Shown piece by piece: positions 19,101-29,548 of a stretch of DNA of 64,000 nt. The first letter of the stretch is position 1, and the number at the start of each line of letters is the position of its first letter. A model generated the notes under the pieces. The model was not told the origin of the DNA. It searched no databases and saw only the letters and a list, made by a program, of their open reading frames with translations. The DNA is from Acidobacteriota bacterium. GTDB lineage: Bacteria; Acidobacteriota; UBA6911; RPQK01; JAJDTT01. The DNA lies in assembly GCA_965209055.1 (NCBI GenBank), contig OZ242374.1, positions 1,344,001 to 1,408,000 on the forward strand, written 5' to 3'. The translations under genes and the position numbers were made by a program.

Positions 19101-19254
19101 CGACGAGATGTTCCCCCGGTCAGACACTTCCGGATTCGTGGGCTCGGTGGTTTGCGCCGCTCCGGAGGGCGGGAGGTTCGCCGGAGTGGCCCTGGAATTG
19201 GATGTCGTCAATCGCATCTTCACCACGCTGCCCCTGGTGCCGGTTCCGAGGTGA
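16159..19254 (+). CDS. Secreted zinc metallopeptidase-like protein with a NIDO-like N-terminal region and two tandem ~231-aa C-terminal repeats
   Basis: GAGGGGG RBS, signal peptide; FDFAGQRWDAFFVNSHGVVTFG; HEXXH (THEVAHTWG); duplicated F(S/A)HFA..SDLVL.N...IFTTLPL units. Confidence 0.75.
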   Translation: MNCPNGSIGSILFLKTAGSKIFKAGVLTLATLTVPGTFAADTPTNSIKEVSTTVRNQILVELRPGDTTPANLFDLNAKTLVFTPDGGGQYSREITALQWEEDIGMPVGDGDRISLENFDFDFAGQRWDAFFVNSHGVVTFGGPLREPWWGGEPLREIANRFITAPTISPLFWPVVRWNVVNVVKWAYNASLLNVAHWPDRVVVTWITTYSNYWVHDVPPERPARVQAVLRADGKIVFSYVDVSFDHGIVGVFPDSGTQPATIDLSQSDSRVLRTPGEVFHYPSRPDLGEISCRIIDALGDNFDLFVFHSASPFDGDGQSWCSVGEHAQGIGLRGPPSSHLPCGESRVKGQMCNVLWMQSHNVFDARRNRPFRGAKYIFTHEVAHTWGAFVSYDRDGQRQQLSEGPHWPRWLHTPAAFHPPGNPADFGFSVLGGFYWRDNGDGTYTSEFGRWGNLAFSWLDLYLMGLAAASEVPDLFILRNPKPVDGRRPTYRAEKETISIEQIIAAEGPRKPSAAQSQKDFNAGFVYLLEAGQAPSGSLLDLHARQRDEVVDHWALITGGRSRLTTSVGPRITKEFSHFANGAWNDQSTTSDLVLLNVAPSTVSPTVYFYNPMGELIDPSQVVDVTDDLETTADGGVTAAIVSSGELTIPTHGRGPLVTGSVKVISDGLIGGVLRFNDSVAGVAGVGAGRPVNDAVFPARRQVGGINTGAAIRNPETEPMTVTCRLMQGGEVLETAKIKLEGDGQKARFIHELFPDTDTSDFVGSVRCAAPPGKKFTGVALELDAASRIFTTLPLIPVGDVHQDTNLHFAHFAAGDAITSDLVLVNVGAAAVRPAIYFHDPQGRLVEAATVVDVTGDLIITDEGALTLGTGKIPPLGEWTVSTVGTGKLTVGSVKVVSDGPLGGVLRFDSPSGVAGVGASQPVAAAVFPARRQVGGINTGAAIRNLETEPMTVTCQLMKKGVVLERRELALKGNGQAARFVDEMFPRSDTSGFVGSVVCAAPEGGRFAGVALELDVVNRIFTTLPLVPVPR

Positions 19255-19384
19255 GGCCGCTCCGCACCCACCGGACAGTCCTCCGGGATGCGGGAACGGC
19301 CGCATTCCGTGATGACTGTTGCCAGGGGCTGTTGGTGTTTCTCGGACGCCTGCGCTCCTGCACTCTTTTGTTGGGAGAAGTGCG

Positions 19385-20359
19385 TCACTCCCGTCCCGAC
19401 CGGATCGCTTCCACCAGCCAGGAGTCCAGAATCAGTTGGCCGACGTGGTAGAGCACACAGGGGATGGGGACAAGGCCGAAACCGGGCAGGAACTCGGTCG
19501 AAACGTACAGGGCCGCCGGCAGGGTCTTCTGAGAGCCGCAGAAAAGGAGGGCCGTCCGGTCTTTCCGGTTCCAGCCCAGGGCTCGTCCCAGGATCCAACA
19601 GAGTGCCGCGGCGGCCGCATGGACCGCGACGGTGGCCAGGCTGACGGCAGCCAATTCCCAACCGGACATTTCCCCTCGTCCCGCTTCCACGTCGGTGACC
19701 CCGGAGACCACGGCGCCGGACACGGCCAATAGGATCAGGAGGCGGGATGCGTCCGACAGCGTCCTGGCGTGCCGGTCCACCACACCAGCCACCGCGGCGG
19801 CCTGTCGCAGTCCCTGACCCAGCGCCAAGGGCGCGAGCACCACCAGCGCGAATCCCGCCATCATCTCTTCCAGGCTCAGCGTCATGAACGTCCCGATGGT
19901 GAGGAACAGAATCAGCGGGGTGACGAGAAATCCCAGACCGTTGCCGGCCACCACCAAGACCAGGGCCAGGGCGGCGTTGCCCCGGGCCATGCGGGTCCAG
20001 ATGATGCTGGAGGCCAGGGTGGTGGGCATGGCGCTGATCACCAGAATGCCCAGGGCCAGGCTCTGGTTGGTCTCCAGCAGCAGCCTCGACGCGCCGAAGC
20101 CAAGGACCGCGACAACCACGTAGCCGATGAAGACTCCGGAGAGGACCCGGCCCGGCCGGCGCAGCGAATCGAGGATCCGGCGTCCGTCCAAGGTCAGACC
20201 GTTGATCAGCATGACCGCGGCGACGTTCAAACCCGGGTCGATGTACGTGTGGAGCGGACGGAGGGCCTCGGGCCAATAGACGGGAACGGCGACGGCGAAC
20301 GCCAACGCCAGCAGGAACCAGTGTCTGGCCAGGAAGGGCGGAGCGGTCCAGCTACCCAC
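19385..20359 (-). CDS. Bile acid:sodium symporter family transporter
   Basis: Multiple TM segments; MPTTLASSIIWT..ARGN, FCGSQKTL motifs. Confidence 0.85.
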   Translation of the reverse strand: MGSWTAPPFLARHWFLLALAFAVAVPVYWPEALRPLHTYIDPGLNVAAVMLINGLTLDGRRILDSLRRPGRVLSGVFIGYVVVAVLGFGASRLLLETNQSLALGILVISAMPTTLASSIIWTRMARGNAALALVLVVAGNGLGFLVTPLILFLTIGTFMTLSLEEMMAGFALVVLAPLALGQGLRQAAAVAGVVDRHARTLSDASRLLILLAVSGAVVSGVTDVEAGRGEMSGWELAAVSLATVAVHAAAAALCWILGRALGWNRKDRTALLFCGSQKTLPAALYVSTEFLPGFGLVPIPCVLYHVGQLILDSWLVEAIRSGRE

Positions 20360-21476
20360 CCAGATAGAGTTCCGTCGGATGGGAATTGAGCTGCCGGGGA
20401 CCGTTTTCCGTCAACCAGTAGGTGTTCTCGATCCGGAGGCCGCCCTGCAGTTGAGGGTTGTAGAATCCGGGCTCGATGGAGATGACGTCTCCGAGTCGAA
20501 GGACATGGTGGCTGCCGGGCACCAGGCGCGGATTCTCGTGCCCGCCCATCCCGACTCCGTGGCCCAGATGATGCCAGAAGGTGCCGGCGGAAAGCGGGTC
20601 CCGCTCCAGGAACGCACGAATCGTCTCATACGCCTCCCGTGCCGGCCGGCCCGGCTCCAGCAGGCTCTCGGCCCGTTCCAGCGCCGCCGTGACGATCTCC
20701 CATCCCCGCCGCTGAAGGTCCGAGGGAGGTCCGACGGTGAGGCTCCTGCAGAGGTCGGCGCCATATCCCCAACACTCGGGGAAGAGATCGTAGGGGCTGA
20801 GGTCCCCCGCCTCCAACGTCCGGTCGACGGGCGGTCCGCCACTCGTGGTGCTGCGGGGTCCCGTGGCGAAATCGCCGCCGACCCGAATCGGCTCTCCGGC
20901 ATTTTCGATCATGGCGGAAACGATCTCGATGTAGACCTCCAACTCCGAGCGGCCCGGAGACAATACCTCCCGCGCCCGGACGTAGCCCGCCTCGGCCACG
21001 GCGGCGATTCGTTTCAGGACCACGATCTCGTCCGGGTCCCGCCGGCGTCTCAGATCGTCCAGCTCCGGAGAGGCGTCCCGCACCGTCGAAGCCGGGAAGA
21101 GGTCCTCCAGCAAACCCAACGCCAACCCGTTCGACGCCTCCTTGTCGGTCCCGATGGATGGCGCCGACCGGCCCTTGAGCCTGGGCGCCAGAGCATCCAC
21201 GGCTTCCATCCAGGGCCGGTCCAGGACCCGCTTGGCCGAATAGCTCGCGAAGGGCACCACCTCGGCCCGGGCGGGGGCCTCCTGGGAGTCGGTCGCCAGG
21301 AGCGGTGTCCCCTGCCGTTCGATCCAGAGCAGGACCGGATGGCCGGGATCGACCACCACGGACTGGAGGTGCCGGACGTTTCTCGAGTCGGTGAGCAGGA
21401 GGGCATCCCACTTGCGCTCCTCCATCAACCGCCGGACCCGCCCCAACCGTCCGATGCAACCTTCTGCCGTCAACAT
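20352..21476 (-). CDS. Xaa-Pro aminopeptidase family (M24) peptidase
   Basis: Start MLTAEG at 21476; YGADLCRS, HHLGHGVG..HENP, IEPGFY, RIEN. Confidence 0.88.
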   Translation of the reverse strand: MLTAEGCIGRLGRVRRLMEERKWDALLLTDSRNVRHLQSVVVDPGHPVLLWIERQGTPLLATDSQEAPARAEVVPFASYSAKRVLDRPWMEAVDALAPRLKGRSAPSIGTDKEASNGLALGLLEDLFPASTVRDASPELDDLRRRRDPDEIVVLKRIAAVAEAGYVRAREVLSPGRSELEVYIEIVSAMIENAGEPIRVGGDFATGPRSTTSGGPPVDRTLEAGDLSPYDLFPECWGYGADLCRSLTVGPPSDLQRRGWEIVTAALERAESLLEPGRPAREAYETIRAFLERDPLSAGTFWHHLGHGVGMGGHENPRLVPGSHHVLRLGDVISIEPGFYNPQLQGGLRIENTYWLTENGPRQLNSHPTELYLGG

Positions 21477-21623
21477 GGTTTCAGGCCGGTCATTGTATAG
21501 AAGCCAAAACCAAAAGTCGCCGCAGCCATCGACCGGGTCCGGCCCCGCTTCGGATCGCAGAGGGTGGGCGCAAGAGCCACCCCTACCAAATATTTTTTGC
21601 CTGCTATAGACTCGGCTGCCGTC

Positions 21624-22760
21624 ATGTCCGAGAAAATGGTCGCGGTCCGCAAGATGCAGCCGGGGAGAGGTTTCGACGTGGTGGAGGTGCCGCTTCCGGA
21701 ACTGGGGCGGGACCAGGTCCTGGTCGGCGTCGAGGCGGCCAGCATCTGCGGGACGGATCTCCACATCTGGAATTGGGACGACTGGAGCGCGCAGCGAATC
21801 CGGCCCCCGTTGACCCTGGGCCACGAATTCTCGGGAACCGTCGTGGACGTGGGCAAAGCGGTGAGCCGGGTGCGGGTGGGAGACTACGTCTCCGCGGAGA
21901 GCCACATCACCTGCGGCATGTGTTTCCAATGCCGGACCGGCCAGGCCCACATGTGTCCGTCGACCCGGATTCTCGGCATCGCCATGGACGGCGCCTTTGC
22001 GGAATACGTGGCGGTTCCGGAGAAGGTGATCTGGCACAACGACCGGTCCAAATTGTCTCCGGAGGTGGCCAGCCTGCAGGAGCCGTTCGGCAACGCCGTC
22101 TTCGCCACCAATGCCCATGACCTGTCGGGCCAGAGCGTCGCCATTCTCGGGTGCGGCGCCATCGGCCTGTTTTCCGTCGGGATTGCCCGCGCCTCGGGGG
22201 CAGCCCGCATACTGGGCGTCGACCTGAACGACTATCGCCTGGGCCTGGCCCGGAAAATGGGAGCCCACCAGGTCCTGAACGCCACCGGGGCCGGAGGCGC
22301 ACAGGGGATCGCCGATTGGCTGGTCCGGAACAACGACGGGCTGGGCGTCGACGTCGTCCTGGAGATGAGCGGCGCGCCGTCGGCCATCGACGCCGCCTTT
22401 CGCGGTGTCCGGAACGGGGGACGGGTCACCTTGTTCGGGATCCCCTCGAATCCGGTGCAGATCGACGTCGCCGAACAGATGATCTTCAAGAACCTGACGG
22501 TTCTGGCGCTGCACGGACGCCGTATCTTCGATACCTGGTACCGCACCCGGTGGCTGTTGGAAAGCGGGGTCGTGGACCTCACGCCCCTGATCACGCGGCA
22601 GTTGGGACTGGAGGACATCCACCAGGCCATGGAATTGCTGGCCAGCGGCGAAGCCTGCAAGATCATCCTGCGTCCCGGCGCCGATTACTCCCACTACTCC
22701 GGAGCGTCGGTCCAGGAGACATCCGAGACCACCGCCGCGAGAGGCGCGATACACCTGTAG
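21624..22760 (+). CDS. tdh: L-threonine 3-dehydrogenase
   Basis: [51 protein letters not shown]; adjacent to kbl. Confidence 0.93.
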   Translation: MSEKMVAVRKMQPGRGFDVVEVPLPELGRDQVLVGVEAASICGTDLHIWNWDDWSAQRIRPPLTLGHEFSGTVVDVGKAVSRVRVGDYVSAESHITCGMCFQCRTGQAHMCPSTRILGIAMDGAFAEYVAVPEKVIWHNDRSKLSPEVASLQEPFGNAVFATNAHDLSGQSVAILGCGAIGLFSVGIARASGAARILGVDLNDYRLGLARKMGAHQVLNATGAGGAQGIADWLVRNNDGLGVDVVLEMSGAPSAIDAAFRGVRNGGRVTLFGIPSNPVQIDVAEQMIFKNLTVLALHGRRIFDTWYRTRWLLESGVVDLTPLITRQLGLEDIHQAMELLASGEACKIILRPGADYSHYSGASVQETSETTAARGAIHL

Positions 22761-22783
22761 ATTTTCCTTCAGACGGAGAACCC

Positions 22784-23976
<1,193 letters not shown>

Positions 23977-23977
<1 letters not shown>

Positions 23978-24732
23978 TGGCTCTTGAACCGGCAGGAAAG
24001 GTCGCGCTGATCACGGGCGCCGCCCAGGGAATGGGCAGGGCCGTGGCGGAGAGAATGGCGGCCGCAGGCGCCCGGCTGGTGCTCAACGACCGGAATCCGC
24101 AAACCCTTCAGGCAACTGCCGCAGCCCTGGAGGGGAAAGCCGCCGGGGTGGAGGCCGTGGCCGGCGATGTCTCATGCAGCCGCGACGTGTCGCGCCTCGT
24201 GGAGCGGGCGTTGGAACGTTTCGGCGCCATCCACATCCTGGTCAACAACGCGGGGGTCCTGAGGCCGACGGCGGTCATCGAGATGGAAGAGGAGGAATGG
24301 GACTGGGTAGTGAACGTCAATCTCAAGGGCACCTACCTCTGCTCTCGAGCCGTGCTTCCCGTCATGCGCCGGGAAGGATGGGGACGGATCGTCAACTTCT
24401 CGTCCACGGCAGGCAAGAGCGTCAGCACCCTCGGCGGCGCCCACTACACGGCCGCCAAAGCCGGCGTGCTGGGGTTCACCCGGCACCTGGCCAAAGAAGA
24501 AGCCCCCTACGGGATCACGGTCAACGCAGTCTGTCCCGGACTCATCGACACCGAAATGGTGCGGGACACCATCGATCCGGAGCGCATGCAATCGTACGCC
24601 CGGAGCTTCCCCATCTCCCGCCTGGGGAAGCCCGCCGAGGTCGCCGAGCTGGTGGCCTTCCTGGCCTCGGACCGCGCCGCCTACATCACCGGCGCCTCAC
24701 TGGACATCAACGGGGGAGACCTGATGATCTGA
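23977..24732 (+). CDS. Short-chain dehydrogenase/reductase (FabG-like)
   Basis: TGAAQGMG, VNNAG, YTAAK; TGATG coupling to kbl. Confidence 0.9.
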
Positions 24733-24749
24733 CCCTCGGGAGACGCGAA

Positions 24750-25745
24750 ATGAAGATGACCTGGGAACAAAGAGACTACGACCTGGAATTCTTTCACCGG
24801 GAGCTGGATTCGTTCGTCCCCGACACGATCTTCGACGCCCACGCCCACCTGTACGAGTTGTGGCACTGGAAGGTCCAGACGGCTTTGGCCGTTGGTCCCC
24901 ACAAGGCGACCCTGGAGGTGTTTCAGGAACAGATCCAGTGGATCACGCCGGGCCGGGAGACCCACGGACTCTTTTTCGGAGGCGGCCTCTACGAGCCGAC
25001 CTACCGCGCATCCAACGAGTTCCTGGCCCGGGAAGCCGCCAAGGATCCCAAGTCGCGGGGACAGTTGATCGTCTCCCCGCGGCAGGATCCGGAGGAAGTG
25101 CGGCAGGAAGTCCGGCGCCTCTCCATGGTGGGGCTCAAGGTCTATCATCTCTTCGTCGAAGACAGGCCCTCGTCCCAGGACGCGGAGATCGAGGAGTTCC
25201 TGACCGAGGAGCATGTACGCATCGCCCATGAGGAAGGGCTCAGCGTGACGTTGCACATGGTCAAGCCCCGATCTCTCGCGGATCCGGCAAACCAGGCCAG
25301 AATCCGCTACTACTGTGAAAACTATCCCAACATGCGGTTGATCCTGGCCCACGCCGCCCGGAGCTTCAATCCTCACCACACCATCGAGGGGATCCATACG
25401 CTGAAGGGAATTCCCAACGTCTGGTTCGACACCTCGGCCGTCACCGAGGCCGGCGCCTTCGAGGCCATCGTGGACACCTTCGGGCACGAACGGCTGCTCT
25501 GGGGATCCGACTATCCCATCAGCCATTTTCGAGGCCGTTGCGTCGGAATCGGAGACCAGTTCCTTTGGCTCTACGAGGACACTTTCGACTGGAAACGGAT
25601 TTCTCACGTCGAGATCCAGCCCTACCTGGTCGGCATGGAGTCCCTGCGGGCCGTGAAGCTGGCCGCCATGCGGCTCCGCCTCACCGACTCCCAGGTCGAG
25701 GATGTTTTCTGCAACAATGGCCGGAAAATGTTTGGCCTGGACTGA
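24750..25745 (+). CDS. Amidohydrolase_2 family metal-dependent hydrolase
   Basis: DAHAH, GLKVYH, LILAHA, WFDTS, LLWGSDYP. Confidence 0.85.
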   Translation: MKMTWEQRDYDLEFFHRELDSFVPDTIFDAHAHLYELWHWKVQTALAVGPHKATLEVFQEQIQWITPGRETHGLFFGGGLYEPTYRASNEFLAREAAKDPKSRGQLIVSPRQDPEEVRQEVRRLSMVGLKVYHLFVEDRPSSQDAEIEEFLTEEHVRIAHEEGLSVTLHMVKPRSLADPANQARIRYYCENYPNMRLILAHAARSFNPHHTIEGIHTLKGIPNVWFDTSAVTEAGAFEAIVDTFGHERLLWGSDYPISHFRGRCVGIGDQFLWLYEDTFDWKRISHVEIQPYLVGMESLRAVKLAAMRLRLTDSQVEDVFCNNGRKMFGLD

Positions 25746-25779
25746 GAATCAGGGCCGTGCAGCCGACCTGAAGGAGGGC

Positions 25780-26058
25780 ATGACCGACCGGGAGATCCTG
25801 GAGAAGCTCGAGGAACTGCTGGCCCGCCTGGAGATCGACCTGGTGCGGGAGCCGGGAGAATTTTCGGGCGGCCTGTGCCGAATCGGAGGGGAGAATCGAT
25901 TTATTCTGAACCGGACGCTGCCCTTGCCGCAGCAGATCGGAATCCTCTGCCGCGACCTGGCGACGGTGGACCTTTCCCGGGTTTACGTTCTGCCGGTGCT
26001 GCGGGAGATGATTCAGGCCGCCGCGCCACCGGGTCCGTCTCTTGACCGTCCCTCATAG
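25780..26058 (+). CDS. Small conserved hypothetical protein
   Basis: AAGGAGG RBS; REPGEFSGGLCRI motif; fills the operon gap. Confidence 0.7.
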   Translation: MTDREILEKLEELLARLEIDLVREPGEFSGGLCRIGGENRFILNRTLPLPQQIGILCRDLATVDLSRVYVLPVLREMIQAAAPPGPSLDRPS

Positions 26059-26086
26059 TGCGGGGGCACCGCGCCGAAAGGAGATC

Positions 26087-26845
26087 ATGGTGAAACTTCG
26101 ACCGAACAGGGTGAAACAGAAGCTGGCCGCCGGCGAGAACGTGTATGTGATCAGTGGGTTGGGCAGCCCCGATGAGATCGATCAGTTTGGAACCGTGGGT
26201 TTCGACGGGGTCTGGCTGGAGGCCGAGCACGGCTCGGTGGACTTCGCGGACATCCCGGACCTGACCCGCGCCTGCGACATCTGGGGAATGACCTCGATCC
26301 TGCGGGTCAACCGGAACGTCCAGGCCATCATCTACCGGGGGTTGGACCGGGGTGCCCAGGGAATCGTCGTTCCCCACGTCAACACCCGGGAAGAAGCCGA
26401 GAACGTGGTCCAGGGCGGGAAGTTCGCGCCCATCGGCCAGAGGGGACTCTACGTCAGCCGGCAGGGCTACGGCGTCCCCGGCTACTTCGAGGCCGCCAAC
26501 GATCAGATCCTGCTCATGGTGCTCATCGAGGATATCGTGGCGGTCCGGAACCTGGACGAGATCCTCAAGGTGGACCACATCGACGTCTTCTTCGTGGCTC
26601 CCAGCGATCTGGCCGCCTCCATGGGCCTCATCGGGCAGATTGGCCATCCCGAGGTGCAGAAGACCATCGACACCACCCTGGCACGAATCCAAGAGGGTGG
26701 GCGGGTCGCAGGCACCCTGACGACGAACGACACCATTGCCCGCTACGCCGCCGCGGGCGTCCGCGTGTTCCTGACCGGGCCCTCACCCTGGATCGCGGCC
26801 GGCGCCAAGGAGTTCCTGCGGCTCGGCGCGCCGCCTCCGGCATGA
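26087..26845 (+). CDS. HpcH/HpaI aldolase family protein
   Basis: AGGAG RBS; LEAEHG, LDRGAQGIVVPHV, FFVAPSDLAASMG. Confidence 0.88.
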   Translation: MVKLRPNRVKQKLAAGENVYVISGLGSPDEIDQFGTVGFDGVWLEAEHGSVDFADIPDLTRACDIWGMTSILRVNRNVQAIIYRGLDRGAQGIVVPHVNTREEAENVVQGGKFAPIGQRGLYVSRQGYGVPGYFEAANDQILLMVLIEDIVAVRNLDEILKVDHIDVFFVAPSDLAASMGLIGQIGHPEVQKTIDTTLARIQEGGRVAGTLTTNDTIARYAAAGVRVFLTGPSPWIAAGAKEFLRLGAPPPA

Positions 26846-26896
26846 CGTGAGGCCCTGCCGGCGCATGGCGCCGCCTCCGATCGACTATCATGGAAC

Positions 26897-27187
26897 GGCC
26901 GTGCTAGGCGGGGTGTTAGCGGTACCCTGATTCCCTGTCGTCCAGGGAGGACTCGCAAGCCGCTGCAGCGAGGCTGACGACTCCGCTGAGGGTCGCCCCC
27001 GGTGAGCCACTCCGTTTCGTGCGGCGGTGTTGAACGTGGGGTCCTCCACAACGGGCGCCCGTGAACCTGGTCAGATCCGGAAGGAAGCAGCCATAAGCGG
27101 GAAAGCGCGTGTGTCGGAGGGTTGCTCGACGGGAGCCGCGCGCGCGTTTCGGACCTCAGCGGAAGACTCGAAGCGGAGTGCACGGCC
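26897..27187 (+). ncRNA. ffs: Signal recognition particle RNA, large bacterial type with Alu domain
   Basis: 5' GGCCGTGC pairs with 3' GCACGGCC; Alu-like GTGCTAGGCGGGG..TAGCGGTACCCTG; S-domain TCAGATCCGGAAGGAAGCAGC; TATCAT -10 at 26885-26890. Confidence 0.92.
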
Positions 27188-27260
27188 AGCAGGTTTTGTT
27201 CCGACAGGAGGAATCTCGAGACCCGCCGACTCAGGGTTGCGGTCGCGAACGAGTCTTTCC

Positions 27261-29462
27261 ATGACCGAAGTGGATTCCGGAACCCGGTTCAGCGTTCTTC
27301 ACGGTTCGGCTTCCTTGAGCCCCGGCGAACCGGTGGTGGCCGGTTCCATGGGAACCTGGCGGATCCGCTACCGGGTGGGGAAATACGGCATCGACGACGG
27401 AGGAAGAATCCGTGTCGTCAGGCGTTTCGTGAGTGACTGGGGCACACCCCAGACACAACGGCCAGACCAGGCCGACTTCCTGACCGTCTCCACCTCGGGC
27501 AGTGCGCGGGTCACGGCCTCCTGTGATCCGCAGGCCCACGTTCGACCCTGGCAGAAGTCCATGACCGTCTCCGTGAAGGACGGGTATCTCCGGGAGGGAG
27601 ACACGGTCACGCTGGTCTTGGGCGACACCTCGGCAGGCGGGCCGGGCGCCCGGGCGCAGACCTTCTGCGAGCCCCGGTTCGAGTTCAAGGTCCTGGTGGA
27701 CTGCTTCGGAACGGGCTCGTACGTGGAGCTGGAGCCGGCCGGCAGCGTCCCAATTGTGGGCGGTCCGGGGGCCGAGCTCCAGTTGATGGTTCCCACAGAC
27801 GTGGTCCTGGGCATCCCCTTTCGAGTTTCGGTCCGGGTCCTGGACCAATGGGGAAACCCGGCGGACCGCTACCAGGGCGTGCTGGAGACCGGCGGCAGTG
27901 CGAGACTCTTCTATGGCCTGCCTTCCCGTGTGACTCTCGACCGCACCGATCAGGGAATTCTCTGCCTGGACGGCATCCTGGCCCGGGAGCCGGGAATCTA
28001 TCGAATCGAGGCGGAGGACCAAAACTCTGGGCTGAAGGCCGTCAGCAATCCGCTCTTCGTGAAGCCGCACCAGCCCCGGCGGCGCCGGTTCTGGGGAGAT
28101 CTCCATGGCCAGAGCGAGGAGACGGTGGGGACCCTGACGGTGGGCGAATACTTCGCGTTCGCCCGCAACAAGGCGTTGGTGGACTTCGCGGGCCATCAGG
28201 GAAACTGTTTCCAGATCACTCCGGGTGTCTGGGACCGGATCCGCGAAACGGTCAGGCGCTTCAACGAGCCGGGGCGGTTCGTCACCTTTCTGGGCTACGA
28301 GTGGTCGGGCCTGACGGCCGGCGGCGGCGACCGGAACGTCTATTTTCGAGGCGGCGACGGGCCCCTGCACCGGGCCAGCCGCTGCCTGATCGCGCCGGCA
28401 GGCCAGGATGAAGACCCCGAAAGCTATCCCGTCGAGGAACTCTACCGGCAACTGGGAGCCCGGGACGACGTCCTTCTGGTTCCCCATGTGGGCGGCCGCT
28501 GGGCGGACCTGGACTCCTTCGATCCCGGCTTGGAGCCGCTGGTGGAGATCTACTCCTCCTGGGGTGAATTCGAATGGCTCCTGAACGACGCGTTCGATCG
28601 CGGCCTCAGAGTCGGGATCAGTTGCGGCAGCGACGATCACAAGGGCAGGCCCGGCGCCAGCTATCCGGGGGCCGGCACCTTTGGAGTCCAGGGTGGATTG
28701 CTCTGCGTCTGGGCTTTTGAGCTGACTCGCGAGAGCCTCTGGGAAGCCCTTCGCGAACGCCGCTGCTACGGCACGACCGGAGCCCGCATCGCACTGGAGT
28801 TCGAGACCTCCGGCGGTGTTCCCATGGGAGGCGAGGAGCGGACGCAGGACCTTCCCCGCTTCCGGGTGCGGGTCGAAGGCACCGGTGACGTGGAACGCAT
28901 CGAGCTGCGCCGGGGAACGGAGTGCGTGGATGCTCTTCCTCGAGGTCCCGGGGTTCCCTGCTCGTCCGATACCGTCCGTATCGCCTGGTCGGGCGCCAGG
29001 AACCGCGGCCGGGACCGGGCCGCTTGCTGGGACGGCTCCGTGGAGGCCGTAGGAACCCGAATCGTCGAGGCCAAGGGCTACGCCTTCGACTCCCCGTCAG
29101 AAGGGATCCGGGAGGCCGGGCCGCAGCGCGTCACCTGGAAATCGGTGACCAGCGGCGATACCGACGGCATCCTGTTGAAGCTGGACCCCGCCGACTCCGG
29201 CGTGCTCCGTTTCAAGACCCGGCGGATCCGATTCGACATCGACCTGGAGAAGTTGGCGGACATTCCCGTGACCTGGCCGGCCGGGGGATTGGACCTGAAG
29301 GTCCAGGCCCAGCGCGAACCCCTGGGGCTCGGCCGGAGCGTGGAGGCCGACTTGAAGGACCCGGCCGCACCCGCCGGACCGACACCCTACTACGTCGTCG
29401 TGCTCCAAAAGGACGGCGCCAAAGCCTGGGCCTCTCCCATCTGGGTTTCGCCGGGTCGGTAG
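27261..29462 (+). CDS. DUF3604-like PHP-fold putative metallohydrolase
   Basis: FWGDLHGQS, FLGYEWS..GGDRNV, VEIYS.WG, GSDDHKGRPG, RRCYGTTG, AWASPIW. Confidence 0.8.
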   Translation: MTEVDSGTRFSVLHGSASLSPGEPVVAGSMGTWRIRYRVGKYGIDDGGRIRVVRRFVSDWGTPQTQRPDQADFLTVSTSGSARVTASCDPQAHVRPWQKSMTVSVKDGYLREGDTVTLVLGDTSAGGPGARAQTFCEPRFEFKVLVDCFGTGSYVELEPAGSVPIVGGPGAELQLMVPTDVVLGIPFRVSVRVLDQWGNPADRYQGVLETGGSARLFYGLPSRVTLDRTDQGILCLDGILAREPGIYRIEAEDQNSGLKAVSNPLFVKPHQPRRRRFWGDLHGQSEETVGTLTVGEYFAFARNKALVDFAGHQGNCFQITPGVWDRIRETVRRFNEPGRFVTFLGYEWSGLTAGGGDRNVYFRGGDGPLHRASRCLIAPAGQDEDPESYPVEELYRQLGARDDVLLVPHVGGRWADLDSFDPGLEPLVEIYSSWGEFEWLLNDAFDRGLRVGISCGSDDHKGRPGASYPGAGTFGVQGGLLCVWAFELTRESLWEALRERRCYGTTGARIALEFETSGGVPMGGEERTQDLPRFRVRVEGTGDVERIELRRGTECVDALPRGPGVPCSSDTVRIAWSGARNRGRDRAACWDGSVEAVGTRIVEAKGYAFDSPSEGIREAGPQRVTWKSVTSGDTDGILLKLDPADSGVLRFKTRRIRFDIDLEKLADIPVTWPAGGLDLKVQAQREPLGLGRSVEADLKDPAAPAGPTPYYVVVLQKDGAKAWASPIWVSPGR

Positions 29463-29472
29463 CCTTCTTGCC

Positions 29473-29496
29473 GGACGATTGGGAAATCGCCCTTCC
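29473..29496 (-). repeat. Degenerate REP-like copy
   Basis: Minus strand GGAAGGGCGATTTCCCAATCGTCC resembles the 697-720 and 54059-54081 elements. Confidence 0.55.
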
Positions 29497-29548
29497 CGAC
29501 TCCATCGGGGAATCGGGAAGCGTCACCGCGGTTGCATAGACTAGCCGC

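Noticed and set aside
27027-27260. N-terminal extension of the DUF3604-like ORF
   Set aside because: Overlaps the SRP RNA; ATG 27261 is the more plausible start
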